Shown piece after piece: positions 1 through 11,149 of a DNA stretch of 64,000 nucleotides. Location: the NCBI RefSeq assembly GCF_001194135.2, contig NC_069004.1, forward strand, positions 22,362,516 through 22,426,515. The letters are read 5' to 3'. The DNA is from Octopus bimaculoides. Lineage: Eukaryota. Position numbers and translations under genes: made by a program. Every line of letters begins with the position of its first letter. Position 1 is the stretch's first letter. The notes below the pieces were generated by a model that was not told the origin of the DNA, made no database searches, and was given only the letters and a program-made list of their open reading frames with translations.

Positions 1-597
1 TTGCTGGATGCAAGAGAGGACTGCACTGGTTTGGTCATGTGATTTGGATGGATGCTAACAGTTCCATAAAGAAATGCTGATCTCTCAAAGTGGATAGAAC
101 ATATGGGAGTGGGAGACCCAGGAAGACATGGGATGAAGTACTGAAGAATAACCTCAGAACACTGAACTTTCAGGTGTGATGACAAAAATCCAAGATAGCT
201 GGCGCCTGGCCATACTCAAGAAGACCCACACACCATAGCAGAAGTGTTTTAAACCGATCCTTATGGTGGTATAAAGCACTCGTTGTGGTGCCATGTAAAA
301 GAACCTGTGTGGTGCCACATAAAAGCACCTGTGTGGCAACATGTAAAAGCGCCCATGTAGCAACATGTAGAAGTTCCCATGTGACGTCATGTAAAAGCGC
401 CCATGCAGTGCCATATAAAAGCATCCAGCACACTCTGTGGTATGGTTAGCATTAGGCAGAGCATCCAGCCATAGAAGCCATGCCAAATCAGACTGGAATC
501 TGGTGCAGCCCCGTGGCTTGCCAGCTCTGGTCACACCATCCAACCCATGCTAGCATGGACAATAGACATTAAATGATGATAATGCTGTTGATGATGA
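1..597 (+). mobile_element. RTE-clade LINE 3' end with SINE-like tail
   Basis: Degenerate translation LHWFGHVIWMD...GRPRKTW typical of the RTE ORF C-terminus. It is followed by a 24-nt tandem block and the tail CCAACCCATGCTAGCATGG...AATGATGAT shared with other repeats in the window. Confidence 0.75.
283..430. repeat. ~24-bp degenerate tandem repeat (about 6 units, GTGGTGCCATGTAAAAGCACCTGT-like)
   Basis: Visible 24-nt periodicity; explains the 8-aa periodic ORFs 154..543 and 170..433. Confidence 0.8.
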
Positions 598-609
598 TTA
601 TAGTTTTGT

Positions 610-1130
610 TTATGAGAATGTCCCACTGCTTGGTTGACACTGTGAAAACCCTCTTTCTCCTAAATATTATCCATATTTTATAGCCTTTCATAGTAATATT
701 TCCATATTTCTTTCTTTTCAGAAACACCAACTGCAGGTGTGCTATTATTTATCCATACACATTTCTCATTCACATGTAAGCCCATTCTCAGTTCTTTTTG
801 GTACATTGTCTTGCGATTTGAAATATCTCATGTTTTTGATCCTCGTATCATAGAATACTGGAAAACCTCTTACTTTTTGCTTCTCCCCTTGCTAAAAACA
901 CCTGTCATCTAGCTTCTCTTTCAGCTACTGGTATAGCACTCTGCTACCCACTTTCTTCCAGTCTTTCCAAACCTGCCACTTTGTTTTTATGGCACTATAC
1001 AACTTTCTGAGGAAGAACTTGCATTCGAAGCATCAAAGACACTCCTGCTTTCTAAAACTCATTGAGTATCAAATTAATAAAGAAGTATACTTTGTTTCTA
1101 CTTTGCTTTCTGTGTTGTTTTCATTGTTAA
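610..1130 (+). mobile_element. Penelope-like element 3' fragment with degenerate hammerhead motif
   Basis: Contains CTTT-CTGAGGA-AGAACTTGCATTC-GAAGCATC-AAAG (1003-1038), followed by pyrimidine-rich sequence. A loosely related inverted copy lies at ~22090-22750. Confidence 0.45.
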
Positions 1131-1194
1131 GTTTGAATATTATCTATCTATAAACACACATACAAGCACACTTATATTTGCCTGTGTGCCTGCT

Positions 1195-1273
1195 AGCCTG
1201 CCTACCTACCTACTTACCCACCCACCTACCTACCTACCTACCTACCTACCTACCTACCTACCTACCTACCTAC

Positions 1274-1305
<32 letters not shown>
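1195..1305. repeat. compound microsatellite (CCTA)n-(TCTA)n
   Basis: Direct reading of the sequence. Confidence 0.95.
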
Positions 1306-3131
1306 GTAACAATACAGCACCAAATGATAATCAAAACTAATGAAAATACTGGTGCAAATTAAAAAACAAAGTAGATAATAAATAAGCACACATGAAAACA
1401 AACTCAACAGCAACTGTAGTAGTTAATGGTCCAATAACTTTATTACTTCAATAATATTAGTATATCATCTCACCTCTACTCATCTCTGAACTTTATTAAT
1501 ACATAGCTTAATATCAACTGCCATTGTCTTATACTTCCTTTAAACCAACAAAATTTCAAACACTTCTTTTGTCTCATTACTCATCTGCGTTTCTATTGAT
1601 TTTTCAAATCATATAAACATAGCAATGACTGTAGTTGTTGTTGGTGGTGTTAAACCCCTGGTCATCTCTGATCAAGCAAGCCAGTGATCAAAAGTACTCC
1701 ATTTGAAATGACTGGTTTTTTTGTATGCTTATGACACCAATGTGTCCTTCCGTTTTTTAAAGAGGCTAGGATGCAAATTAAGAGAAATTTAGCCACTATT
1801 TCTAGCAGGATGAGTGAGCATGTACAGGGTCATTTGATGTTTGATAGAAATAACATCAGTGGTAGTGGTCTAGTAAAGATGGTGGAGGAAATGTTTGATA
1901 TACTAACTGAACTAAGGTGTCTCTGTTTAGCTAAGCATCTACATTAATTTTTGATTGAAATCTATAAAAGAATATAATAGAAATAATAATAATAATAGCA
2001 ATATTTTCAAAGATATGGAAACAAAATACAAAGAATATTTAAAAAGTATGAAAAATGTGAACCATGGAAATAGTAGCAGAAAACAAAAAAAGAAACATGA
2101 AGAATAACAGCAGCAACAATATTTAATTAAAAACTCATGTCTTTCAATAGTTTCATATTTGAAAGTCTTAAAACTTCATTCTTCAGTATTTGAATTTACA
2201 GCTTGCTGTGGTGAAATCTACTTTTTAACCTTTTGTTTGCTGGTTTTACACTAAGTTAGTGTCTCTCCCAAAGCTTGTTAGTGTGAAGACTGAAAAGTGA
2301 GGAGGGTAAATTGTCATCATCATCATCATCATCATCAAACATCTGCAAGTTTATTGAGACAGATTCTTTACAGCTAGATGCCCTTCCTGTCACCAACCCT
2401 CATCTTTTTCCAAGAAAGGTAATATTTCTCCCTAGTCAAACATGTTCTTGCAGAATATTGGAAATGAACAACATTGCTTGTATGATGGTGACAATCATTT
2501 TACAATTATCCTGTGATGTCAGGACAAGAAAACACAAACATACACACGCACTCACAAGGCCTTGGTCATCCTGGGGCAATGGTAGAAGACTTACCCAAGG
2601 TGCTATGCAATAGGACTGAGCTGGAACTATGGGGCTACGAAGCAAACTTCTTACCACACAGCCACACCTGTGTTTATGAATGTGTGTGTTTGTGTATATA
2701 CATATATATGAACCATTTTATGTCAGTCTATCACATCATTAGTAACTGCTAGAAGGACTTGTGGAAATTCTACAGATCTAAATAAAACTGTTATATGAGA
2801 CTTAATATTTCATCCCATTGTGAAGTTTGTTTAAAGTGTAACAAACATATTTTGTGATAAGTAGAATAGTATTATAGACCTTTCAGCTCCTGAACCAGCA
2901 ACAAAGCTTCTATATTAAAGAACTCAAATTCAATTTTTACTCATAAAACAGTTTAGAGCAAATATAAATATTATGGCATGCTTTGTCCCTGAAGACAAAA
3001 CCATGTATTATACAAAAGGTTAAAATGTATCTATAGATATAAAAAATTTAAACAATAGGAAATTATCAATTTTTAATCATGTTTTTTTACAGCAATTTAT
3101 AAAAATAAACAGGTTGATAGTTTTACTTGGT

Positions 3132-3171
3132 ATTTCAGTATTTCAGGGTCAGGACCCCTTCCTCAGGAAAT
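3132..3171 (-). ncRNA. minimal type I hammerhead ribozyme, cleavage triplet mutated (ACU)
   Basis: Minus strand reads ATTTC CTGAGGA AGGG-GTCCTGA-CCCT GAAA TACT GAAAT. Confidence 0.55.
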
Positions 3172-4469
3172 CTTTGGAGGAAAGTTGTTATTCACTGATT
3201 TCTGTGTCTTGTGTGTAAGTGTATTTGATATGTGTCACTATAAACAATTGGCCATGTGCAACTCTGACCAATTAATTATTAATAAGTGGTGTATATTTCT
3301 TAATTAAAAGACCTTCTTTTAGTCTCAAATTCCCAATGTTTCTTTCTGTAGCATCAATGGAAACTTGGATGTCTTAGGTGTAGCAACTATTTTTGTAGAT
3401 GATTTTTGGCAGAAAATCATTAGCATAGAAGTTAGATGTTGTTTCTCTATACCCCTCTGTCCCTGCAATCCCAGTTATCAATTTATTAACTGAACATATT
3501 GTCTCCTCTCACAACTTTGGGCTCACATCTCCAGATATCCATGAACCATTAGCTACTATAATGGACAACACCTTCTTCTGGTTCAAAGGGTCTATTTACA
3601 AACAAATCTCTGGACTGCTGATTGGGGTTAAATTTGACAGGCCTACTAGCCATAATGTACATGGACCAGCATTCAACAGCTATCAGTCCTGCACCTTTTT
3701 CATCAGGTGTATGGATGACATCCCCATATTAACATCATTACACGAAGAGACTGATAAAATTATACAATATGTTCAACAGTATCAATGAACATATAAAATT
3801 TGAAGTGGAACACCTTGATAACTGCTTATCTCTAATTAATTTTGAATCCAAAATCACAGAAAAGCAGCATACAAGGGTCTATTTGTACATTATAATTCAT
3901 CCTTACCCATCAAAACTAAGATGACCTTCATTAGAAATATGATTCATAAGATACACAGTAAATGTAGCAAGGCAGGAAGCAAAAACACCAACACCATACA
4001 ATCCAGAAAGATCCTAATAAAGAATGGCTATTCATACCCTTTCACTAAATACTAGCACATCGCCAGACCATCTAACAAAACCCACACATCCAAAGACAAG
4101 ATGTTTTTTGAAACAGCAACATTTTAATGGAAAAACAACAGCTGCAATCCACTGTACAATCTATGGAAAAATAACTGCTACAGTCCACCATATGATTTGT
4201 AGGGAAGGATTGAATATATGACTGGCACACTCCAGACTTTTTGCTGAGGAGAGTCCTAACTGAAAACAAACCAATCAAACTCATGACTGTATGATCATGA
4301 GCCAAATATTCTAACCACTAAGCCATGTGTCTTTACAATAAAAAATACACATTGCATATTAAGAACAGCTTAGAGCTGCATGTAGCCAATTGGTTACTAT
4401 AGCAATGCATATCAAATGCACACACTTTACAGGACAGAGAAGTCAGCGAATAACAACTTTTCTCCAAAG

Positions 4470-4509
4470 ATTTCCTGAGGAAGGAGTCCTAATTCTGAAA
4501 TATTGAAAT
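4470..4509 (+). ncRNA. minimal type I hammerhead ribozyme (AUU triplet)
   Basis: ATTTC CTGAGGA AGGA-GTCCTAA-TTCT GAA ATAT T GAAAT: stem I ATTTC/GAAAT, complete core, 4-bp stem II, palindromic stem III (ATAT). Confidence 0.7.
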
Positions 4510-5039
4510 ACCAGGTAAAACTATCAACCTGTTTTATTTTTATAAATTGCAATGTTTTGTCTTTAAAAAAATATATCTAAAATCATTTCTATATATATAT
4601 GAGACAATGCTTCATGAAAACTAAAGTAAATTATTAGTTATTTCTTTATTTTGATAAATGAAGCTTGCTTATATTTAGACTCTATTTTTAGAATTCCAGT
4701 TTATATTGTCACATTTTTTCAATTTTTGTGGTGCACCTAGCTACATCTCATGGTACACCTGTATACTGTTTGAGAACTACTGCTCTACATGGTTCCACTA
4801 CCTGCTAGAAATAGCAGCAGAAGGCTCTCAACATTGGATATTGCTGCAGAAAACACTATGATTAAAAAAAACTCAAGATATCCATGGTTGGAATGCCTTT
4901 GAGCATAGTTCTACTTAATTAGAATCAACTTGGGGTTAAACAAGAACTATATATGGTTTCAAAAAACTAGCAATATAAAGGAAAGGTATACAATAAATAA
5001 ATGGATTACTTCTAAGCACAAATGTTGAATAAATATCGG

Positions 5040-5220
5040 TGCAGATGTAGCTATGCAGTAAGAAGCTCGCTTTTGACCACGTGGTTCTGTGTTCAGACCC
5101 ACTGTGTCTGAACACAGTATAGTAGAAGACCATGGGCAAGTGTCTTCTACTATAGCCTTGGGCCGCCCAAAGCCTTGTGAGTGGATTTGGTAGACAGAAA
5201 CTGAAAGCCTGTTGTATATG
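5040..5220 (+). mobile_element. tRNA-derived SINE, family A (most abundant family)
   Basis: Head ...GTAAGAAGCT...CCAC.TGGTTC...GTTCAG.CCCACTG, body GGGCAAGTGTCTTCTACTATAGCC...AAAGCCTTGTGAGTGGATTTGGTAGAC, ending in (TA)n. Confidence 0.8.
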
Positions 5221-5224
5221 TGCA

Positions 5225-5266
<42 letters not shown>

Positions 5267-5545
5267 NNNNNNNNNNNNNNNNNNNNNNNNNNNNNNNNNN
5301 NNNNNNNNNNNNNNNNNNNNNNNNNNNNNNNNNNNNNNNNNNNNNNNNNNNNNNNNNNNNNNNNNNNNNNNNNNNNNNNNNNNNNNNNNNNNNNNNNNNN
5401 NNNNNNNNNNNNNNNNNNNNNNNNNNNNNNNNNNNNNNNNNNNNNNNNNNNNNNNNNNNNNNNNNNNNNNNNNNNNNNNNNNNNNNNNNNNNNNNNNNNN
5501 NNNNNNNNNNNNNNNNNNNNNNNNNNNNNNNNNNNNNNNNNNNNN
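5267..5545. other. assembly gap (N run). Further gaps at 15434-15443, 16494-16891, 20129-20413, 48433-49185, 50381-50480, 51360-51465, 52837-53133, 62053-62519
   Basis: N runs, mostly flanked by (TA)n. Confidence 1.
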
Positions 5546-5581
<36 letters not shown>

Positions 5582-5582
5582 C

Positions 5583-6040
5583 CAGCAAGTTAGCTAATTA
5601 GAAAATCTCTATAAGAGATGAAAGCAGTAACTATACTGAGAAGTAATGTTTATCACCACTTCAACATGGCTGCTCTGTAGGAACTAACATTACTATGATT
5701 TTAACTCCAGGAGGATTCCTCCTCCAGTGAGTTATTTGATGCAATTTGCACCCGATATATATTGCAAGTAGGGGAGTGAACCCCTACCATCTTCCAGCAA
5801 TGGGATCACCAGACTGTATGGTTTCAAGCTATTTGTGCTCATCTTCAGTTATAGATACTTGTCTGCTAGAGATAGCAGTAGTTTGCTCCAGCTAGCAATA
5901 TATAGAAAATAAGTGACAAATGGTAGTAATATCGGTTCCTATGGAACAGCCATGTCGAAGTGATGATATACATTACTTCTCAGTACAGTTACTGCTTTCA
6001 TATCTTATAGAGATTTTCTAACAAGCTAATTTGTTTGCTG
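5583..6040. mobile_element. foldback/MITE-like element with ~115-bp imperfect inverted arms
   Basis: CAGCAAGTTAGCTAATTAGAAAATCTCTATAAGAGATGAAAGCAGTAAC... (5583-~5697) is the reverse complement of ~5922-6040. Confidence 0.65.
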
Positions 6041-6482
6041 TAAGATCATGTTGCTCCAGTTCACTCAGCTGTAGAAATGAGTTGTGATGTCACTGGTGCC
6101 AAGCTGTATTGGCCTTTGCCTTTCCTGCAGATAATATTGGTGGTGTAGAGAGGGGTGACTGGTATACATGTGCAACTGCTGGTCTTCCATAAACAACCTT
6201 GCCAGGACTTGTGTCTTGGTGGAGAAACTTTCTAGGTGCAATCCCATGGTCATTTATGACTGAAGGGAACCTTTACTCTATGTATTGTTATATTTCGGGC
6301 TTGTAATTTTTTTCTTACCAAATAAACACTATATACTTGTTCTTCACTTATTTATTATTGTTCTTATTTTATGTCCATTTCTGGAAATCTTCCGTCACAC
6401 CCGTGACCTCTTCAGCAACTCTCCATCCCATGTCTTCTCCTGTTCTGTCTAGTCCAAATACATAAATGTATATATATATATA

Positions 6483-7118
6483 TTGGGTTATCTCATAAAT
6501 AATGCGGTTTTTTCAATTGCATGAAGTCAGAGGGAGACAGGATAAATTACCTGCATCAACTTGCTATAAAAGCAGGTAGTAATTTTACCTTGTCTTTATT
6601 CATAGTAAAAGTTTTGAAGAGTGCAGTTTGATTTTAACAGTTATTTTTTTCAAATCTATAATGGAAGTGACAAAGGAGCATATTCAGCATATTTTGCTTT
6701 ATGAGTTCAATAAAGGCAACAACACAATGGAAAGTGCGAGGAATATCAATGCAGTATATGGGGATCAGACAATAAGTGTAAGCCAGTGTCAGTGGTGGTT
6801 TAAGAAATTCCAAGCCAGAAACTACAGCCTAGAAGACGAACCTCATCCTGGAAGATCTGTAGAGTTCAATAAGGATGTCCCGCAAACCCTGGTGGAACAA
6901 AATACCATTGTAACAGTTGAGGAGCTAGCAGAGAAGCTTGAATTTGGTCATTCAACCGTTCATTGACACCTGCGTGCCATTGGAAAAGTCAGTAAATTGG
7001 GTCAATGCGTTCCTCATAAACTTTCCGAGTCTAATCATGTGCAGAGAGTGAATCTATGCTCTTCTTTGCTGTCATGTCTTGCGAATGAACCTTTTTTGGA
7101 CTGAATAGTTACTGGTGA
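6483..7118 (+). mobile_element. mariner transposon 5' part (HTH transposase pseudogene), truncated
   Basis: TA-flanked left TIR TTGGGTTATCTCATAAATAATGCGG. ORF 6628..6966 (LLYEFNKG...QWWFKKFQ...EDEPHPGRS...TVEELAEKL) continues through stops to VPHKL...FLD*IVTGE, the mariner first-D motif. Confidence 0.92.
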
Positions 7119-7330
7119 AGCCGAGTTTAGTGTCCAATGAAGGAGACGTTGGCATGGGTGCCAGTCATCGAATTTGGTTCGATTTCGATTTCACTTGCCT
7201 CAACAGGTCTTCGCAAGCGGAGTTTAATATGCACATCTCTAAAGAGTGCAGGGTTACATAATCAGACTGTTACCTAACATTCTGCTGAACCCCTAGTGCA
7301 AAACTGATTGGTAAGGTTGTCTGTAATGGC
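7119..7330 (+). repeat. unclassified interspersed repeat truncating the mariner; related copy near 62600-62720
   Basis: Shared block CATCTCT.AAGAGTGCAG.GTTACATAATCAG..TGTTA.CTAACA in both places. Confidence 0.5.
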
Positions 7331-8049
7331 TGTACACTTCAATTTATATATATATATATGTATATAAATATGTATGCATGTGTGTGTGTATCTATGTTTG
7401 GTTGTCCCCTATCACTGCTTGACAACAAGGTGTTGTTCCCACGCTTACGCAGACTAAAATTATAAACATTATTTATTAAGTTCAAAAACATAACTGATTC
7501 CATTTCCACGATAAAAATGTTAATTCAATGCATGAAGTCCAATGTAAATGAAATTCAATAAATGGCTTGTTACAAACCTTTAAAATTTGATTATGTGTAA
7601 AAAGTCTGAACCAAATAAGACACTACAAATGAGAAGGATAACCACTCCAAAACGACTCCTACAAAGAATATGAAAATGGAATGAAAGGGCTGTTAACATA
7701 GACACAGAAAGACTAGCATACAGTAGAGTTAAACAGAAAAGATTTCTGTGCTCTACGACAGATAGTTAACACTAGAGACTAGAAACCTCTTACATTGTCC
7801 CTACAACAGGGCTAGAAAGGAGAAATACAGTCTGTTATGTGTTCAACATTTGAAATTAGAAGCCTCAAACTATTTTACAGTAGAACTAGAGAGAACTTCC
7901 AGTGAAGAGGCAATGGAACTTTGAAAAAAAATCAAGTCGATTAAATTCATTCATTTTTGGTTCCATTCTGTGCTCCCATAGAAAAATAAATTGCCATCAC
8001 AACTTAGTTTAAGAAAGTTCTCGCTTCCAAAAGATGTGCTAAAAAAGAA

Positions 8050-8390
8050 TGTAACTTCCGGTAGGTCATTCACACTCCTTTTGTTTTAGATAGCCGGAAA
8101 TAACGAAAATAGAACTCAACTGAAATTTATTAAAACTTCTTTCATCCACCCATTAATTCTTTCTCTTAATGTTTCAATCTCTTTAATTAATTGTCATTAT
8201 TTTTTCAGCTCTTTCCTCCTACCAGTATTTATTCCTGACATTCCCTAACTACGAAAAACACCACTGTCAGAAACCAAGCAAGCAAGCTATTTTCATATGT
8301 ACTCTCCACCCATCACGTAACACGTCTGCTAAATAAAAATAATGTTGAGTAACATCCACCATAAGTAGGGCTACGAACCGGAAGTTGAAC
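8050..8390. promoter_or_regulatory. probable bidirectional housekeeping-type promoter
   Basis: Perfect ETS sites ACCGGAAGT in divergent orientation (8054-8062 minus, 8377-8385 plus), GCCGGAAAT at 8093, local CpG enrichment, non-repetitive sequence and a downstream pyrimidine-rich leader. Confidence 0.55.
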
Positions 8391-8724
8391 ATTTAGTTTG
8401 CCTCCTCCTCCTTCCCTACTTTTTCATCCTCTCACTCCTCCTTTTTCTCTTACTCAGTCTATTTCCCTGGTTTCGTGTAATTGAGCGCTAAATTCGAATC
8501 TTGTTTCACTACATTCTTATTGCTATTCAGGATATACTTTATTTTTCACCTCACCTAAACAGAAATGGAGACCTTGTAGTATTAGTAGTGATAATAGTTA
8601 TTATAATAATTGAAAACAAAACTATATATGAAGTGAAAGGACCAAAGAAATCTTGGATTACTTTTTTACCGTAGCACAAAAACAAACACAGAAAATGACA
8701 GGAGTTCCTTCAGTGTTTGGACAG
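8390..8724 (+). other. putative first exon of an unidentified plus-strand transcript
   Basis: Follows the ETS site and ends in a good donor CAG|GTAAAT (8724/8725). Contains ATG at 8695 (MTGVPSVFGQ, phase 0) and short uORFs. Confidence 0.35.
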
Positions 8725-8799
8725 GTAAATAAATTACTTTTTATTTACTTCTAATTACTAACCCCTCGATTGTTTAGCGAAATATCTTCAATTTTTCAA

Positions 8800-10090
8800 A
8801 ATAAATTTCGATATAATTGGAATGTATTCCGTCTGAAAGGTATTTGCAAAAAAAATTCATTAATAAATTTTCTGAAAGCTATGAGGAAACAAAGTCGTGA
8901 CGGTGGCACACTTGTGTAGATATGTCACTGTCGTCATTATATTGTTGATATTTCTTCGCCACAGGACAAAAGATATGTTGGATCTTGTTAGATTTCTTTC
9001 GACAACTTTGTTATCAAAAATAATGATTGTTTTCCAAACTTTTTTTTATCCTCTTTCAATTTTTCACCAGATTATTCTCATAATACATGTTTTGCATGAT
9101 GATGACGAAAATCGCATTCAGTTTTTTTTTTCTAGAAATTAATAATAAAGAAGGTACAAACATTCAAAGTCATTTAATTATAAGTAGTTGGAAGAAATTT
9201 AACAAGATCTAACATTTTCTCAAAAATATCAAAACGAAAATAAAAAAGTTATGTAATCTACGAAGCTTAAAATATACACATCTGAAGAAATTACGGGCGC
9301 CCAAGATAATTTGTGGGATCTATATAATAACCGATAATTTCTAATTCTATAGAGAGGCAAATTAAAGGTAGTCTAGTCTTGACATGTTGAATATGGGCAT
9401 ACCTACACAATTGTGCCCCACCGATTCTGTTTTCCCCATAACTTCCAGGAAAGTGAGTATTTTTTAATGACATCTTCTACAAATACGCTTCAAATGGCAA
9501 TAGATTCCAATTATATCGGAATTTGTTGTGAAAAGAATTTTCCGCAGCTGGGGAGAGGAGTTTCGGAAAATTCATACAGAGTCGGCTTTGTTTCTTTATA
9601 ACTTTCAGAGATACTTTATTTATAAAATTTTCTACAAATACTTTCAGAGTGTCTAGATTACGATTATATCGGAATTTAATACAAAAATAAATAAATAAAT
9701 GAACATGCATCACAACTTATTTTTGGAATTTCAAGTTTCATTTTCTAGATATGTGATGTGTGTCAGCATGTATGTGTACGAGTTCACCATTCTTTTTTCA
9801 TATTAAATTCCGATATAATCATAATTTACAGGCATACTCTGAAAAGCATTTGTAGAAAATTTCATTACAGAATTTTTCTGAAAGTTGTGAGGAAACAAAG
9901 CAGACTGGTGTGGATTTTCCGAAACTCCTCTTCCCATCCGCGGAAATTTTTTTTTCACTATAGATTCCGATATAATCGGAATCTACACCATCTGAAGTGT
10001 ATTTGATGAAAATTTCCTTAAAAATTTATCCATTTTTCTGAAAATTTTGAGGAAACAAAGCCGAAGTGAAGCACACTTGTGTTGGGTATA
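8800..10090. repeat. compound nested inverted-repeat array of ~100-bp modules
   Basis: Module AAATTCCGATATAAT...TTTTCTGAAA...GAGGAAACAAAG occurs plus at ~8803, ~9805 and ~9961, and reverse-complemented at ~9415-9520 and ~9580-9680. Confidence 0.8.
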
Positions 10091-10301
10091 GTTTTAATTT
10101 CTTCGGGTTCCCTTATTTTCAACAACACACAAAAAAAAAAAAAAGAAAGAAGAATCTCCCAGCTTTTCAAAATTTTCATTCTCTAATTTTTCTGTTATTA
10201 CTTTTCGGTTATATTTATAAAGATATATATTTTAATCTTCACGTTTAAAAATCTAGACAGCGACTTATAATTCGTCCGTTCATTTGTGGATGCCTGTTAA
10301 A

Positions 10302-10869
10302 CTAGCAGACGACTCAAAGGAGTGTTACCTCGATGCAGTCACTCGACGTACTAGAAATAACTGTCAACTCTTTCTCTGTCTGTCTGTCTGTCTCTCTCCC
10401 CTCTCTCTCCCCCTCACACACACACAACGGCTTATAAGATGGAGGGAAATAAAAAAAATAAAATATTCGAATAGGTGTAAAACAACTTGCTGCGAACGAA
10501 TATGAAGAAAAAAACGCGCGCTCGCGAACGGGTGGTGGTGGAGATAGGCCTCGGAACATTCGCATCCTGAATGTTCCTAGACGCCTCACCGGAGCCAAGA
10601 AACAAAAGAAAAATAGTGTAATAGATGTAAAACGGCTCGCTCTGAACGAATATGAAAAAAAAAAAAAAAAAAATGCGCTCCCGCGAAAGGCGGAGTGGGG
10701 AGAGGACTCGGAACATTCACATCGCCACATCGTCATTCCATGGCCTCTGAATTATAGTGTTTGACCCGGTGACAAAGTTTAAAAAATAGTCTAATAGGTG
10801 TAAAACAACTTGCTGGGAACGAATATAAACATTAGGCAACGTCGTCCAAAATATACAAATGTATGGAGA
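10302..10869 (-). mobile_element. non-autonomous Helitron-type element with internal 150-173 bp tandem repeats
   Basis: Minus strand reads A|TC...CTAG|T with no TSD and a small subterminal hairpin (ACTC-CTTT-GAGT). Three units AATAG(G/A)TGTAAAAC...GAACGAATAT at 10470, 10620, 10793. Confidence 0.55.
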
Positions 10870-11149
10870 TTAGGATTTTTAAAAATTATTTTTCCCCCTT
10901 CAAAATTTCAAGTTTTCCCAGAGTTTGGAACAATATTCACTCGATAGAAATTTGGAATACATCAGCACAATTGTTCCTGTTCTCTCACCATCATTACTAA
11001 ATATTAGATAAGTCCCTAGCCTTATTAACGATAAAACAAAATATAGTTTGCATCCATATTCTTTCTTCATTATGATTTTGGACAAGTTGGAAAAAATTTT
11101 CAGGCTGTATAGGTAAGATGCTTGCTTCCCAACTCTTGGAAATTCATTA

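Larger units (their letters stand above)
3092..4550 (+). mobile_element. Penelope-like retroelement relic with inverted terminal (pseudo-LTR) repeats
   Basis: ORF 3561..3788 MDNTFFWFKGSIYKQISGLLIG resembles the PLE RT motif (F.F.G..YKQ..GL.MG). Inverted repeats at ~3092-3267 and ~4372-4550 each carry a hammerhead motif. Confidence 0.8.

Noticed and set aside
154-543. 129-aa ORF with 8-aa repeats (FYMLLHGR)
   Set aside because: It is the translation of a 24-bp tandem block inside a retroelement tail.
4959-5601. Long ORFs spanning N gaps (also 16352-16925, 20030-20518, 48311-49288, 52730-53340, 61948-62614)
   Set aside because: They are open only because of N runs and (TA)n/(TG)n repeats.
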